From the human T2T-CHM13v2.0 reference genome, Homo sapiens: a stretch of 64,000 nt of DNA. Numbering within the stretch: position 1 is the first letter of the stretch; every line of letters starts with the position of its first letter. Positions 52,406 through 64,000 of the stretch are shown here, one piece after another. Under the pieces are notes generated by a model. The model had not been told where the DNA came from and did not search any database. It saw nothing but the letters and a program-made list of their open reading frames with translations. Location: assembly GCF_009914755.1 (NCBI RefSeq), contig NC_060925.1; one strand, given 5' to 3'. A program made the position numbers and the translations under genes.

Positions 52406-55400
52406 TCATTTAATTCCACACTTCAAAATTGTCATCTAATTCTACATGTATAGTGGTGTAGTTTGAATACTATCAATAGAAAATCTAATGAAGAAATTAT
52501 TAGTAAGCAAGGATTGCATATTTTCTGTTTCTCCAGAACAGAAATTTTTTCTCTTTCTCTTACAGAGAAGGAAAAGAAAGTAAAGCATGAAACTAAAGCA
52601 TATTCTTTGTTAACAAGAAGGGTACTTCTCAGTATTTCTTTTATGCTGTCTGAATTTCCAAATGTGCCCTTATCATTTTTAGCAAGTGAAAATTGGGAAG
52701 AAAAATAGAAATGTAATATGTAATATTATATTTTAATGTGATGTTCTACTTTTCTGTTTGTAGTTATTGAAGTTTTTGTCTTACTTCATTAAACATTTAA
52801 TAAATCACCACCAGTTTTGTGACAGGTTTTAACCATAACACAAACAGCAGGAGGTGTACACCCAGCTCAGTTCATATAAGCATATAATATCAGTGTCTAC
52901 ATCATCATGCCCTGCAGGCATATTGGCAGAACAACCAATGGGAGGTAAGCTTTTTCTGACAAAGCTTCGAAAATAAAGTTTTCTTCTTTTATCTTACTAC
53001 AAATCAATTGGAGCCCTTACAGCAAAATCCTATAAAATAACTTCAAACACCACTTCTTAGTCTAAAAATTTGTATTATGGCTATAACTCTTTGAAGTACT
53101 ATGACTGAACTTTGGAGAAAAATGATTTAAGTGCTATCTGCTAGACATCAGAGCTTCAAAAATTCTCTCAGTTTTTCTTGACACATAAACTGCTACCCAC
53201 TGTATGTTTTTAGGACTTTTTTTTCTTGCTTTTAACCACCTAACCCAGTTTGCTTGATAAAAGTTATTTAACTGCAGTTTATCCAATTGAATTAATGCTC
53301 TTTAAAGGTTCACCAACTTGCAATTGATTATTTTACTTTGTCAAGCTGTTTTTTCTACTCTTACAAGAGTTTGGGATTTGTTTTTGTTTTTTAAAGAACT
53401 TTCAGAATTTCAAGCATGTTGACTATAAGTTTAAAAAAAATCACTGGCGAAAATATAAAACTTGGGGTTAAGGGTACATGTGATTCCTGCTTGGAAGTTA
53501 AATGTTAGAAAGAGAAAACTAAAAAGTCTTCTGATGAGAAAGTCTCCCTTACACTGAGAGACTGATGAAACCAAAGATGCCTCTTGCAAAGGGCACAAGA
53601 CTCATCAGGCCTCCACCGGCGAGGGGTGAGAAGGTGTTGTCCAGGATCAAAGTCACTGCATGCTCACCAATGTTCTTCAGAAACTTCAGTCATTTAATTT
53701 CTTCAAACAAGACACAGAAAATGCTTAGTTTAAAAAAAAAAAAAAAGAGGATTACATTCAACAAGCTCTTAGTGAATATCTGCCTAATGCAGTTAACTCT
53801 AATAGATGCTATGTTGGGTGGGATGTGCTAAAGTGGGAAAAAAAAAAAAAAAAAAAGGCCCTGACCTCAGCAGGTGGACTTTGACTCAAAATCTTTAGTC
53901 AACACACAGATTCCTTTGGCTTGTTATCCCATTCTCCCTGAGGGGTATTTTGAGTTGAGTCTCTTTTAAAAGAAATGATACTTTCTGGAGTCCAAAATAA
54001 ATTAATATAATTAATATAGATTTAAAATTGTCATTTCATATTCATAGAGGCCTAATTTTGTGGAAAGTTCTGGAAAACAACAACTTTTACTACATTGGTG
54101 CTCAAATGCCAGTTGGCAACAAGACAACCAGCTGATACCACTCCTTCCTTCATTGAGAAAGTTGCCGCCAGAAAAATAAATGTCAGCTGAGTTAAGCAAC
54201 ATGCATAGTGATATAGCTGGGTTAAATTCTGGAGCAAGCTCTATATCCCACCTCAGATCAGCAACAAACCGTTTAAGGACTGGCAGCTTGTCTGTGAATC
54301 ATATCTTAAATAATTCTGCTTTTCACAACCCAGTTTTAATGTATAATCATCTAAACCAAAAGAAAGTGCAAAATCAGAAAATAGACACAAAAGCATAAAT
54401 TACAGAAGACTAGATGTTGGGGGAAAATTTTAATGAAATATAAGAACTTGAGAAGGAATAGGAAGAACTCTATTTTACACATCCCGGGTAATGAAATAGT
54501 ACATTTTATCAGTCCTCAGTGGGATGTTACTTAAGAAGGGCATCTTTTGTGATTTACCTAAAGAACAGGCCCAGCACAAAACAGATTCTCCGTTGCTAAT
54601 TCCTCATGGCACATCTGCTGTCTTCCCTTTCCTCATTGCTCTCCTTGCACACTAAGGCTCAGCTATCCCAAACACCATGGAACAGGGGGTGAAGTCCACA
54701 CTGCCGCCATTGTTCTACACGTGACCAGCTAAAGGGTCCATGTAGAAAGTCACAAAGAACTTGATAAATATGCTGCAAAATCTGAAAAAAGAGTGCTAAG
54801 GAGTAACTGATGTGCAATAAGATCATGCTGTCTTCCATCTCATCAGATGGCAAGACTGAATACACACAAATGTCTCAAAGCCCAGGGAAGCCCAAGCCCA
54901 CAGAGCTGCTTCAATGGGAGTCTGCGGAAAATATTCATCACATATTAATGTCACCCCTCTTCACTGCTTGAGAACTCATTCCCTGCAGGATTGAGCAACT
55001 CGATCAGTTCTCAGAGAGGATCGGCAATATGGATGCTTCTGAGAAATTTAAAAGAGCTAGGCTGCCCTTAAGCCTTCCTGCTGCCCCAGCCTTTGCCCAC
55101 TTTGCCTTATGGACCAAGTGCTCTGTTGGCCCAACCCTACAGCTACAGCCTTCTTCTTCTGCGGCCCCACATCTGTCATGGAGAGCATTACTAAAAGCAG
55201 TGTACTCTGTTAGGGCAAGAGAAAACCTCCAAGCATTAGTATCCTCTTTATGGAGCCTCCTCACCTTTATTAAGTAGTTTACTACTGCCTAAATAAATCA
55301 TGAGGAGTAGTAGGTGGACCTCCTATTACCAGTCTATAATCTACCCAAAATGCTACACTAGGCATTGAACAAAACAAGAATACCAACTGTGGCCTAATAC

Positions 55401-55424
55401 TGGGGTCAGCAAACTTCTTCCTTA

Positions 55425-55786
<362 letters not shown>

Positions 55787-56024
55787 TAAAAAGCAAGACA
55801 GAAAATGTTTTAAGCTTTGTGTGCCAGACAGTCTCTGACCCAACTACTCAACTCTGCCCTTGTAGCATGCAGGCAATCACAGATAATACTTATGTATGTA
55901 TTTATATGAATCATATGGCTGTGTTCCAATAATCTTTATTTATGGACTTTGAATTTCATATAATTTTCATGTGTCACAAAACATTAGTTTTCTTTTTATT
56001 TTTTCCCACCATTAAAAAATGCAC

Positions 56025-57432
56025 ACAGTTCAAAGAGGTAAGTTGGACTACAAAAAATTTTAAAACTTTGGTACATCAAAAGACAAAAATCAACAAAATG
56101 AAAGGAAACCTATGGAATGGGAGAAAATATTTGCAAATCATATATCTGATAAGAAATCAATAGACAGAATATATGAAAAATTCCTACAACTCAACAACAA
56201 CGAACAAAACCCAACAAAAATGGGAGAAAAAAGTTGAATACACATTTCTCCAAAGAAGATACACAAATGGCCAAAAAGCACAGGAGAAGATGCTCAACCT
56301 CCCTAGTCACTAAGGAAATGCAAATTTAAAACCACAATGAGATACCACCTTACACCTGTTAATTAAGATCTCTATCAGAAAATCATAAGTATTGGTGAGG
56401 ATGTGGAGAAACTGAAACACTTCTACACTGTTGGTAGGGATGTAAAATGGTACAGCCACTATGAAAAACGGTATGAGGGTTACTCAAAAAATAAAAATAT
56501 GCCCCAAAAAATTGAAAGCAAGATCTCAAAGAGGTATTTTTGTACACAGATGTTCAGAGCAGCATTATCCACAATAGCCAAAATGTGGAAACACCCCAAA
56601 TATCTATCAATAAAGATTACAAATGGATAAACAAAATGTGGTATATACATACAATAGAATATTATTGAGCCTTAAAAAGGAGTAAAATTCTGAAATATGC
56701 TAAAACATGTATGTACTCTGAGCACATTTTGCTAAGTGAAATAAGCCAAACACAAAAAGACAAATGCTGTGTGATTCCACTTATATGACGTACCTAGAAT
56801 AATCAAATTCATAAAGACAGTCAGTAGAATGGCGGTTACTAGGGGCTAGGAGAAAGAGAGAATAGAGAGTTGTTATTTAATGGTGACAGAATTTGGATAT
56901 TTGTTTCTGCCCAATTCTCATGCTCAAAGGTAATCCTCAATGTTGGAGGTGGGGCCTGGTGGGAGGTGTTTGAGTCTTGAGGGTGTATCCCTCATGGCTT
57001 GGTGCTGTCCTCGAGGTCATGAGTGAGTTCTCATGAGATCTGGTTGTTTATAGGGCACCTCTGCCACTCTCTCTTGCTCCTGCTTTTGCCATGTGATGTG
57101 CCTGCTCCTCCTTCACCTTCTGCTATGTGTAAAAACTCCCTGAGGCCTCCCTAGAAGCTGAGCAGATGCTGATGCCATGCTTGTACAGCCTGCAGAACTG
57201 TGAGCCAATTATCTTTTTTTAATATAAACTATCCAGCCTCAGGTATTTCTTTATAGCAATGCAAGAATGGCTTAACACAAATGGGCATAGAGTTTCAATT
57301 CTGCAAGATGAAAAGAGTTCTGGGGATTGGTTGCACAACAATGTGAATGTACTTAACACTACTGAAATGTACACTCGAAATGGTTAAGATGGTAACTTTT
57401 ATATGTCACGTATGTCTCACTGTAATTAAATA
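56025..57432 (+). mobile_element. L1MB-type 3' region interrupted by MST LTR
   Basis: ORF2 C-terminus and 3'UTR gattccacttatatga..gcaagatgaaaagagttctgg..aatgtgaatgtacttaacactactgaa. Confidence 0.88.
56884..57279 (+). mobile_element. MSTB/MSTA-type MaLR solo LTR
   Basis: aatgttggaggtggggcctggtgggaggtg..gtacagcctgcagaactgtgagccaatt; perfect 5-bp TSD aatgg. Confidence 0.92.
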
Positions 57433-57594
57433 CATTTTTTAACGTAAAAGTCATTCTTAGTTCATGAACTATCCAAAAACAGGCGGTGAGCCCACAGGTC
57501 ATAGTTTGCCAACTCCAGCCTAATGTCTACATAGGTAGCAATTGAGTCCCTAGTTCTTAGTATCTCAACTTTCACACCCACAACTTTATACATA

Positions 57595-59350
57595 TAAATT
57601 CATTCACTGATTTTTCATGAATGATGTATGGCATGCTATAAAATAGACACAGATAAAGTACTACAAGAGTTTAGGAGAAGAAAAGATTACACCTCACTAG
57701 AGGGGTCGGTAAAGCTGTTGTTGACTTTTGTGGTTCTCCCAAGTGGAAGATCCATTTGAGCTGAGCTTTTGAACAGGTAGTGTTTCGACAGACATAAGTG
57801 GAGAGGGAAGGGCAGCATAGACCAAAGAGTCAGCCCAAAGAGAGAAGCATGTGGAGGACCATCAACAATTCAGTGTGAATGGAGCAATACAAGAAATTGG
57901 AGATAAAATTAGAAATTTGACTTGGGGTCAGATCAAGAAATACATTAAACAGTCTGGACTCCTTAGGCAATAAAGAAAAAGAAAAGTTTTTTTGCATAGA
58001 GACATGGTTGACAAGACGAACATTATATGGTAATACAACTTGTTTATTTCTGTGCACGTTAAATGGAGTAAGAGGAAAGTAGCGAAAGCAGAAGACTAGC
58101 TCAATGCCTACTAAAATAGCAGTGACCATGGAGGCCTATAACAGGATAATGACAGGTAAATGGGAAAGAAGTTAAGAGGTTTGAGATATATCAGTTGAAA
58201 TCTATAGGATTTCACCACTGGCTGGATGTGAGGGATAAAAGAGAAGAAAGAGCAAAGACAATATTAAGATTTTTAACTGTGGAGTTAGGAAGATGATAGT
58301 GTTACTAACAAAAATAAGAGACAGAGGTGGAACGCAAGTTTAGGAGGAAAGATGTCAGTTGATTTGGACACACTAATTGTGAGGTAAAGGGAATATCCAC
58401 ATAAAAGTTCACAATGAATAGCAAGAAAGAAAGTTGAGTCAAGATTGGAGGGTCAAGCATAGAAGTAATACTTACAGCAATGCGTATTTGGTGAGGATCT
58501 TAAGGAAAGGAATATAGAAAAGAAGGCCAACAATAGAACTTTGTGGAATACTACATTAAAGTGTAGGAAGAAAAGGATCCAGAGAATGAGCTAGAGAAGT
58601 GGTTCAGAAAGATGGGCAGGGGGTGGGGGGGGACTAGTATCTGTTGAGTGTCACTACTGTACTGAGGATATTACATGGGATGCCTCACTTTAATCTTTGA
58701 GCTAATTCTATCAGGTAGATATTATCCCTTCCTCCTTTTAGAGTGAGAACTGAGACTCAGAAAAGTTAAATATTAATAAAATGCCCCAAGTAACACAATA
58801 AGTGGCAGACCTGGTGTTCCCACCCAAGTCCTTAGAAGGAAAAACAGGGGTATATATGTCACTAAAGCAAAAGGGTAGAGATTTTAAAGAATACTATAGT
58901 ATCAGTGCCACCAAATGCGTGAACACATTAAGTAGAATAAACACTGAAAATAAAAAAACTAAATGGCTATCAGATTTGCTTACTAGGAAGCCAATGAGAG
59001 TCTTTGAGAGAGCTGTTTCCTTACCATGTTGGAAACTAAAACTATATTGAAAATGTTTAAAGAATGAGTGGGTGGTTTGAAAGTGGTGAGCAATGAACAA
59101 AAACCTCCTTTAGCCAGAAGTGTAGTGATGAAAAACAGAGGAGATTATATGGAAACTCAAAAGGATTCTTGGATCAGGGAAAGATGTTCTTATTGTTTTC
59201 TATTTTGTTTTTTGGTTTTTTTTTTTTCCATTTTCCCCCAATAGAGGAGCTCTGGACACATTTTTAGGCAAAAGAATATGATCAAATAGAGCATTTGGAC
59301 ATAAGAGAGAAGGAGGATAACTCGGCCACATATAACTAAAAAGGCCTAAG
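57595..59350 (-). mobile_element. Long degraded L2 with a MIR inserted at ~58640-58830
   Basis: catttgagctgagc, actggctggatgtgaggg, tgccaccaaatgc..agtagaataaacactga; MIR gaactgagactcagaaaagttaa..ccccaagtaacacaataagtggcaga. Confidence 0.65.
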
Positions 59351-59718
59351 ATATAGTCAAATAATAGATTTGGAGATTTATAAGCACTAAGTGTAAAAAA
59401 AATTTTAATGTAGAAAATCATAGCTTGGTTCAGACCACAAAGTAGTAATCTGTACTTTCCCAGTATGTTTTACTCAACAAAGACTCTCTTTTTAGCAGCT
59501 TAATATATGCTGCATAAACTGGTTATTATGAAGCAAGTCACAAGGCTGGAGGGCTCCCACTCCAATTTGACAACACCATCTTGTCTTCACACCACCTGTC
59601 ACATCTATCAACATTTTAACTAATGTCAGAGTTCTTCTTTTGCTAATGAGCTGCTACACAGAGAAACATTTCTCCTCTCAGTCCGCCAGCTATACAGTAT
59701 AATGAGGTAGAGTGAAAG

Positions 59719-60617
59719 GCGTGATCTTCCTCTCAGAAGCCTCTCTTTGCTTGAGAAGACCATCACTGCTCTTTTTCTCTTTTGTCACAGACCCACACGT
59801 AGTTATTTGAGGCACTTTTAGATGTATTTTGTTTTGATGTGATTTAAAAAAAACTCTCCTCTATCTAAAGGTCACCCCCAAGGTTGATATTGGTGGTGGC
59901 CTGAGAGCTCTCTACGTGGGTGAATAAGTGGCTGTGCTGTATCCAAGCACGTTAGCAGCCTTCCGTCTTCCCAAATACTGCAGTCTCTTTTTCCAAAGTG
60001 GTGCCTTTGTAATATTCCTCTCTCTGTAATATTAAAAGTCACATGTTGGTAGTTCTCCAATTACCCTCACCTATATTACCTTATAATTTTGATGTCCTAC
60101 CTGGAAGCCACCTCTCCCCACCTTCTGCAAAGTTAACTCCTACTTTTTCTTTAAGAGTCAGTTAGGCATTACCTTTTCCAGAAAGTCTTCCCTACGTGCC
60201 TAGGCTTAGCTAAGTTTCCCTTCTCTAGGCTTCCATTCTATCTGTGTATGCCTCTATCCCAGCAATTACATCATTATATGGAAATGATTTGGTTTTGCAT
60301 TTTTTCCTAAACTAGATGGTAATCTCTTTATATGTGAGAATGTATCTCGTATCTTTTATCTTCAGGGTTTTATACCTCAGAAACAACTATAAGTAATAAA
60401 CATAATGTAAATACATTTCCTTACAGTAACGAATGTCTGGCATTTCCTTCATCAGCTGATATTTCCTGTTAAGTCCCCAGCTACAACAAATTCAGATGAA
60501 ATGGCAGTTATCATAGATATAAGAAATGGAAAAGACCTACTACATTAGTCTTTCCCAAAATGTGCCCTCAGAACACTGACACTATGATATGGTCACAGGA
60601 TTCCATCTTCCTACGTG
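59719..60617. promoter_or_regulatory. Cluster of six RCGTG (four CTACGTG) motifs; candidate HIF/bHLH-PAS enhancer
   Basis: Motifs at 59719, 59796(-), 59912, 59948(-), 60192 and 60611; function is inferred only. Confidence 0.35.
60085..60370 (+). mobile_element. L2 fragment
   Basis: taactcctactttttctttaagagtcagttaggcattacctttt..actagatggtaatctc. Confidence 0.6.
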
Positions 60618-60839
60618 TCCGGGAAACGCTTTATACTCTCCAAATGCTTAGAGATTCACAAGGCACATTGGATTTAAAAGCCTCTAAGCAGTCATACAGT
60701 AAAAAAATTTGTTTTACTTTAATTCAGTGTTTCTAAAATTGATTAATTTGACCAATGAATCCTTATTGGGGGCATAGCACCTATTAATATCCCAGAGACT
60801 TACTATTCCTTAAAAAATATTATACTTTGAGAAACACTG
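60547..60839 (-). mobile_element. MER103C-like hAT-Charlie element
   Basis: TIRs agtctttcccaaaatgtg / atactttgagaaacactg; gagattcacaaggcacatt, cacctattaatatccc. Confidence 0.75.
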
Positions 60840-61460
60840 CATTATTTATCAAAGTCATTATAATTGAGTCATTCACATGAGATGCTGGGAAAGTCAGAGA
60901 TAGATTCTTCTCGAGAGATGATTTGAGTTCCTCTAACTTGTTTGTTTAGCTATTGCTCATAAAGATTATTTCTGAAACAGACTTGTGGATTTGACTATGA
61001 ATGTATGAAAGAATGATGACTCTAAAAGACAAAAACTTCAATTTCAGAGAAGAAAACATTTTTGTGGTTAAAGGTTCCTACCACCACATCCCAGGCGTTG
61101 TCCAAGTGTTCTGAGAACCCCTGGAAAATGCCTGTATTCTTAATGAAAGCTCTTAACTCTCATCGTTCGTGGTAAGACATCTGGAAACATATCCGTTCTT
61201 GGGGATTGTTTATAGATTTGGAGTATTCTCAAGTGCATCCACTACAGACATCCATAATTTCCATGAGGAAATGTTCTACATGATACCAATCCCTGACTCA
61301 TGAACACATGTGTATACAAATATACATACACATACATGCATTTACATGGTTGCAAATTAGTTATCAAAATTAATATATGCACCTAATGGTATTTAATTTG
61401 GCATATCCAAGCATTTTCTCTTTTTTAAATCTAAAATTAGTATCTTCTGTTGAAATCATT

Positions 61461-64000
61461 CTTTTTTTTCCTTAGGTTATTGGGGTACAGATGGTTTTGG
61501 GTTACATGAGTAAGTTCTTTATTGGTGATTTGTGAGATTTTGGTGCACCCACCACCAGAGCAATATACATTGCACCCTATTTGTAGTCTTTTATCCCTGA
61601 CACCCCTACCCCTCCTCCCTCCAAGTCTCCAAAGTCTACTGTATCATTCTTATTCCTTTGTGTCCTCATAGCTTAGCTCCCATGTATCAATGAGAACGTA
61701 CAATGTTTGATTTTCCATTCCTGAGTTACTTAAAATAATAGTCTCCAGTCTCATCCAGGTCCCTGCAAATGCCATTAATTCATTCCTTTTTATGTCTAAG
61801 TAGTATTCCATTGTATATATACACCACAGTTTCTTTATCCACTTGTTAACTGATCAGCATTTGCGTTGGTTCCACAATTTTGCAATTGTGAATTATGCTG
61901 CTATAAACATGCGTGTGCAAGTACGTTTTTCGTATGATGACTTCTTTTCCTCTGGGTAAACAGCCAGTAATGGGATTGCTGGATCAAATGGTAGTTCTAC
62001 TTTTCATTCTTTAAGGAATCTCCATGTTGTTTTCCATAGTGGCTGTACTAGTTTATGTTCCCACCAGCAGTGTAGAAGTGTTCCCTGATCACTGCATCCA
62101 TGCCATCTACTGTTTTTTAAATTTTTTGATTATGGCCATTCTTGCAGGAGTAAGATGGTATCACATTGTGGCTTTGATTTGCACCCCTGATCATTAGTGA
62201 CGTAAACTTCTTTTATATGTTTGTTGGCCATTTGTGTATGTTGTTTTGAGAATTGTCATTCATGTACCTAGCCCACTTTTTGATGGAATTGTTTGTTTTT
62301 CTTAGTGATTTCAGTTCATTGTAGATTCTGGATATTAGTCCTTTGTCAGATGTATAGATTGTGAAGATTTTCTCCCACTCTGTGGGTTGTCTATTTACTC
62401 TGCTGACTGTTCCTTTTGCCATGCAAAAGCTCTTTAAATAAGGCCCAGCTTTTTATCTTTGTTTTTATTGCATTTGCTTTTGGGTTCTTGGTCATGAAAT
62501 CCTTGCCTAAGCCAATGTCTAGAAGGGTTTTTCCAATGTTATCTTCTAGAATTTTTGTAGTTTCAGGTCTTAGATTTAAGTCCTTAGTCCATCTTGAGTT
62601 GATTTTTGTATAAGGTGAGAGATGAGGATCCACTTTCATTCCCCTATATGTGGCTAACCAATTATCCTAGCACCATTTGTTAAAAAGGGTGTCCCTTCCC
62701 CACTTTATGTTTTTGTTTGCTTTGTCGAAGATCATTTGGCTGTATTTGGGCTTCTTTCTGGTTTCACTGTTCTGTTCCATTGTTCTATATGCCTATTTTT
62801 ATACCAGTACCGTGCTGCTTTGGTGACTATGGCCTTATAGTATAGTTTGAAATCAGGTAGTGTGATGCCTCCAGATTTCTTTTTGCTTAGCCTTGCTTTG
62901 TCTATGAGGGTTCTTTTTTGGTTCCATGTGAATTTTAGAATTGTTTTTTCTATTTCTGTGAAGAATGATGGCAGTATTTTGATAGGGATTGTGTTAAATT
63001 TGTAGATTACTTTTGGCAGTATGGTCATTTTCACAATATTGATTCTACCTATCCACGAGCACGAGATGTGTTTCCATCTGTTTGTGTCGTCTATGATTTC
63101 TTTCAGCAGTGTTTTGTAGTTTTCCTTGTAGAGGTCTTTTGCCTCCTTGGTTAGGTGTATTCCTAAGTATTTTATTTTATTTTATATTTTCTTGCAGCTA
63201 TTGTAAAAGGGATTGAGTTCTTGATTTGATTCTTCGCTTGGTTGCTGTTGGTGTATAAAAGAGCTACTGATTTGTGTACATTAATCTTGTATCTGGAAAC
63301 TTTGCTGAATTCTTTCATCAGTTCTAGGAGCTTTCTGGAGGAGTCTTTAGGGTTTTCCAGGTAAACAATCAAATCGCCAGCAAACAGTGACAGTTTGACT
63401 TCCTCTTTACCAATTTGGATGCCTTTTATTTCTTTCTCATCTCTGATTGCTCTGGCTAGGACTTCCAGTACTATGTTGAAGAGGAGTGGTGAGAGTGGGC
63501 ATCCTTGTCTTGATCCAGTTCTCAGAGGGAATGCTTTCAACTTTTCCCCATTGAGTATAATGTTGGCTGTGGGTTTGTCATAGACGGCTTTTATTACATT
63601 AAGGTACGTCCCTTGTATGCCAATTTTGCTGAGAGTTTTAATCATAAAAGGATGCTGCATTTTGTTAAATGCTTTTTCTGCATCTATTGAGATGATCAAG
63701 TGATTTTTGTTTTTATTTCTGTTTATGTGGTGTATCACATTTATTGACTTGTGTATTTTAAACCATCCCTGCATCCTTGGTATGAAACCAACTTGATCCA
63801 GCTGGATTATCTTTTTGGTATGTTGTTGGATTTGGTTAGCTAGTATTTTGTTAAAGATTTTAGCATCTGTGTTCATCAGGGATATCAGTCTGTAGTTTTC
63901 TTGTTTGGTTATGTCCTTTCCTGGTTTTGGTATTAGGGTGATGCTGGCTTCATCGAATGAATTAGGGAGATTCCCTCATTCTCTGCCTTGTGGAATAGTG
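61461..64000 (-). mobile_element. L1PB1-like LINE-1, continues beyond window
   Basis: T-tail plus gttattggggtacag..gatttgtgagattttggtgcaccc; ORF2 peptides on the minus strand. Confidence 0.95.
63172..63876 (-). pseudogene. 234-aa open fragment of L1 ORF2 reverse transcriptase, catalytically dead (FAGD)
   Basis: [19 protein letters not shown] and LFAGDL motifs; downstream frames broken. Confidence 0.9.

Noticed and set aside
63172-63876. Longest ORF (234 aa) as a functional RT gene
   Set aside because: L1 ORF2 fragment with FAGD at the active site and broken downstream frames.

Overview
AT-rich, CpG-poor primate genomic DNA (very likely human, judged from the Alu, L1PA/L1PB and MER51 content). 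It is intronic or intergenic and dominated by old transposable elements: L1 from L1ME to L1PB/L1PA, Alu/FLAM, MIR, L2, MaLR and ERV1 solo LTRs, and Tigger, Kanga and hAT-Charlie DNA transposons. I see no CpG island, no recognisable protein-coding exon and no RNA gene. The recognisable ORFs in the track are TE remnants (the longest, 63172-63876, is dead L1 RT) and the rest look like chance frames. A few minus-strand splice-flanked segments may be lncRNA exons, but I could not identify the locus. I cannot support a new biological system. The best leads are: (1) two convergent L1PB1 copies about 55 kb apart that share the same RT-killing FAGD motif and other non-consensus residues, suggesting ectopic gene conversion or trans-mobilisation of a dead copy; (2) a cluster of CTACGTG/RCGTG (HIF-type) motifs at 59.7-60.6 kb; (3) a 198-bp unique-sequence direct duplication 2.8 kb apart; (4) an L1 with a double inversion inside a single 22-bp TSD; (5) a locally templated 150-bp insertion inside an L1MC element. 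Subfamily names come from remembered consensus sequences, and boundaries of old elements are approximate.
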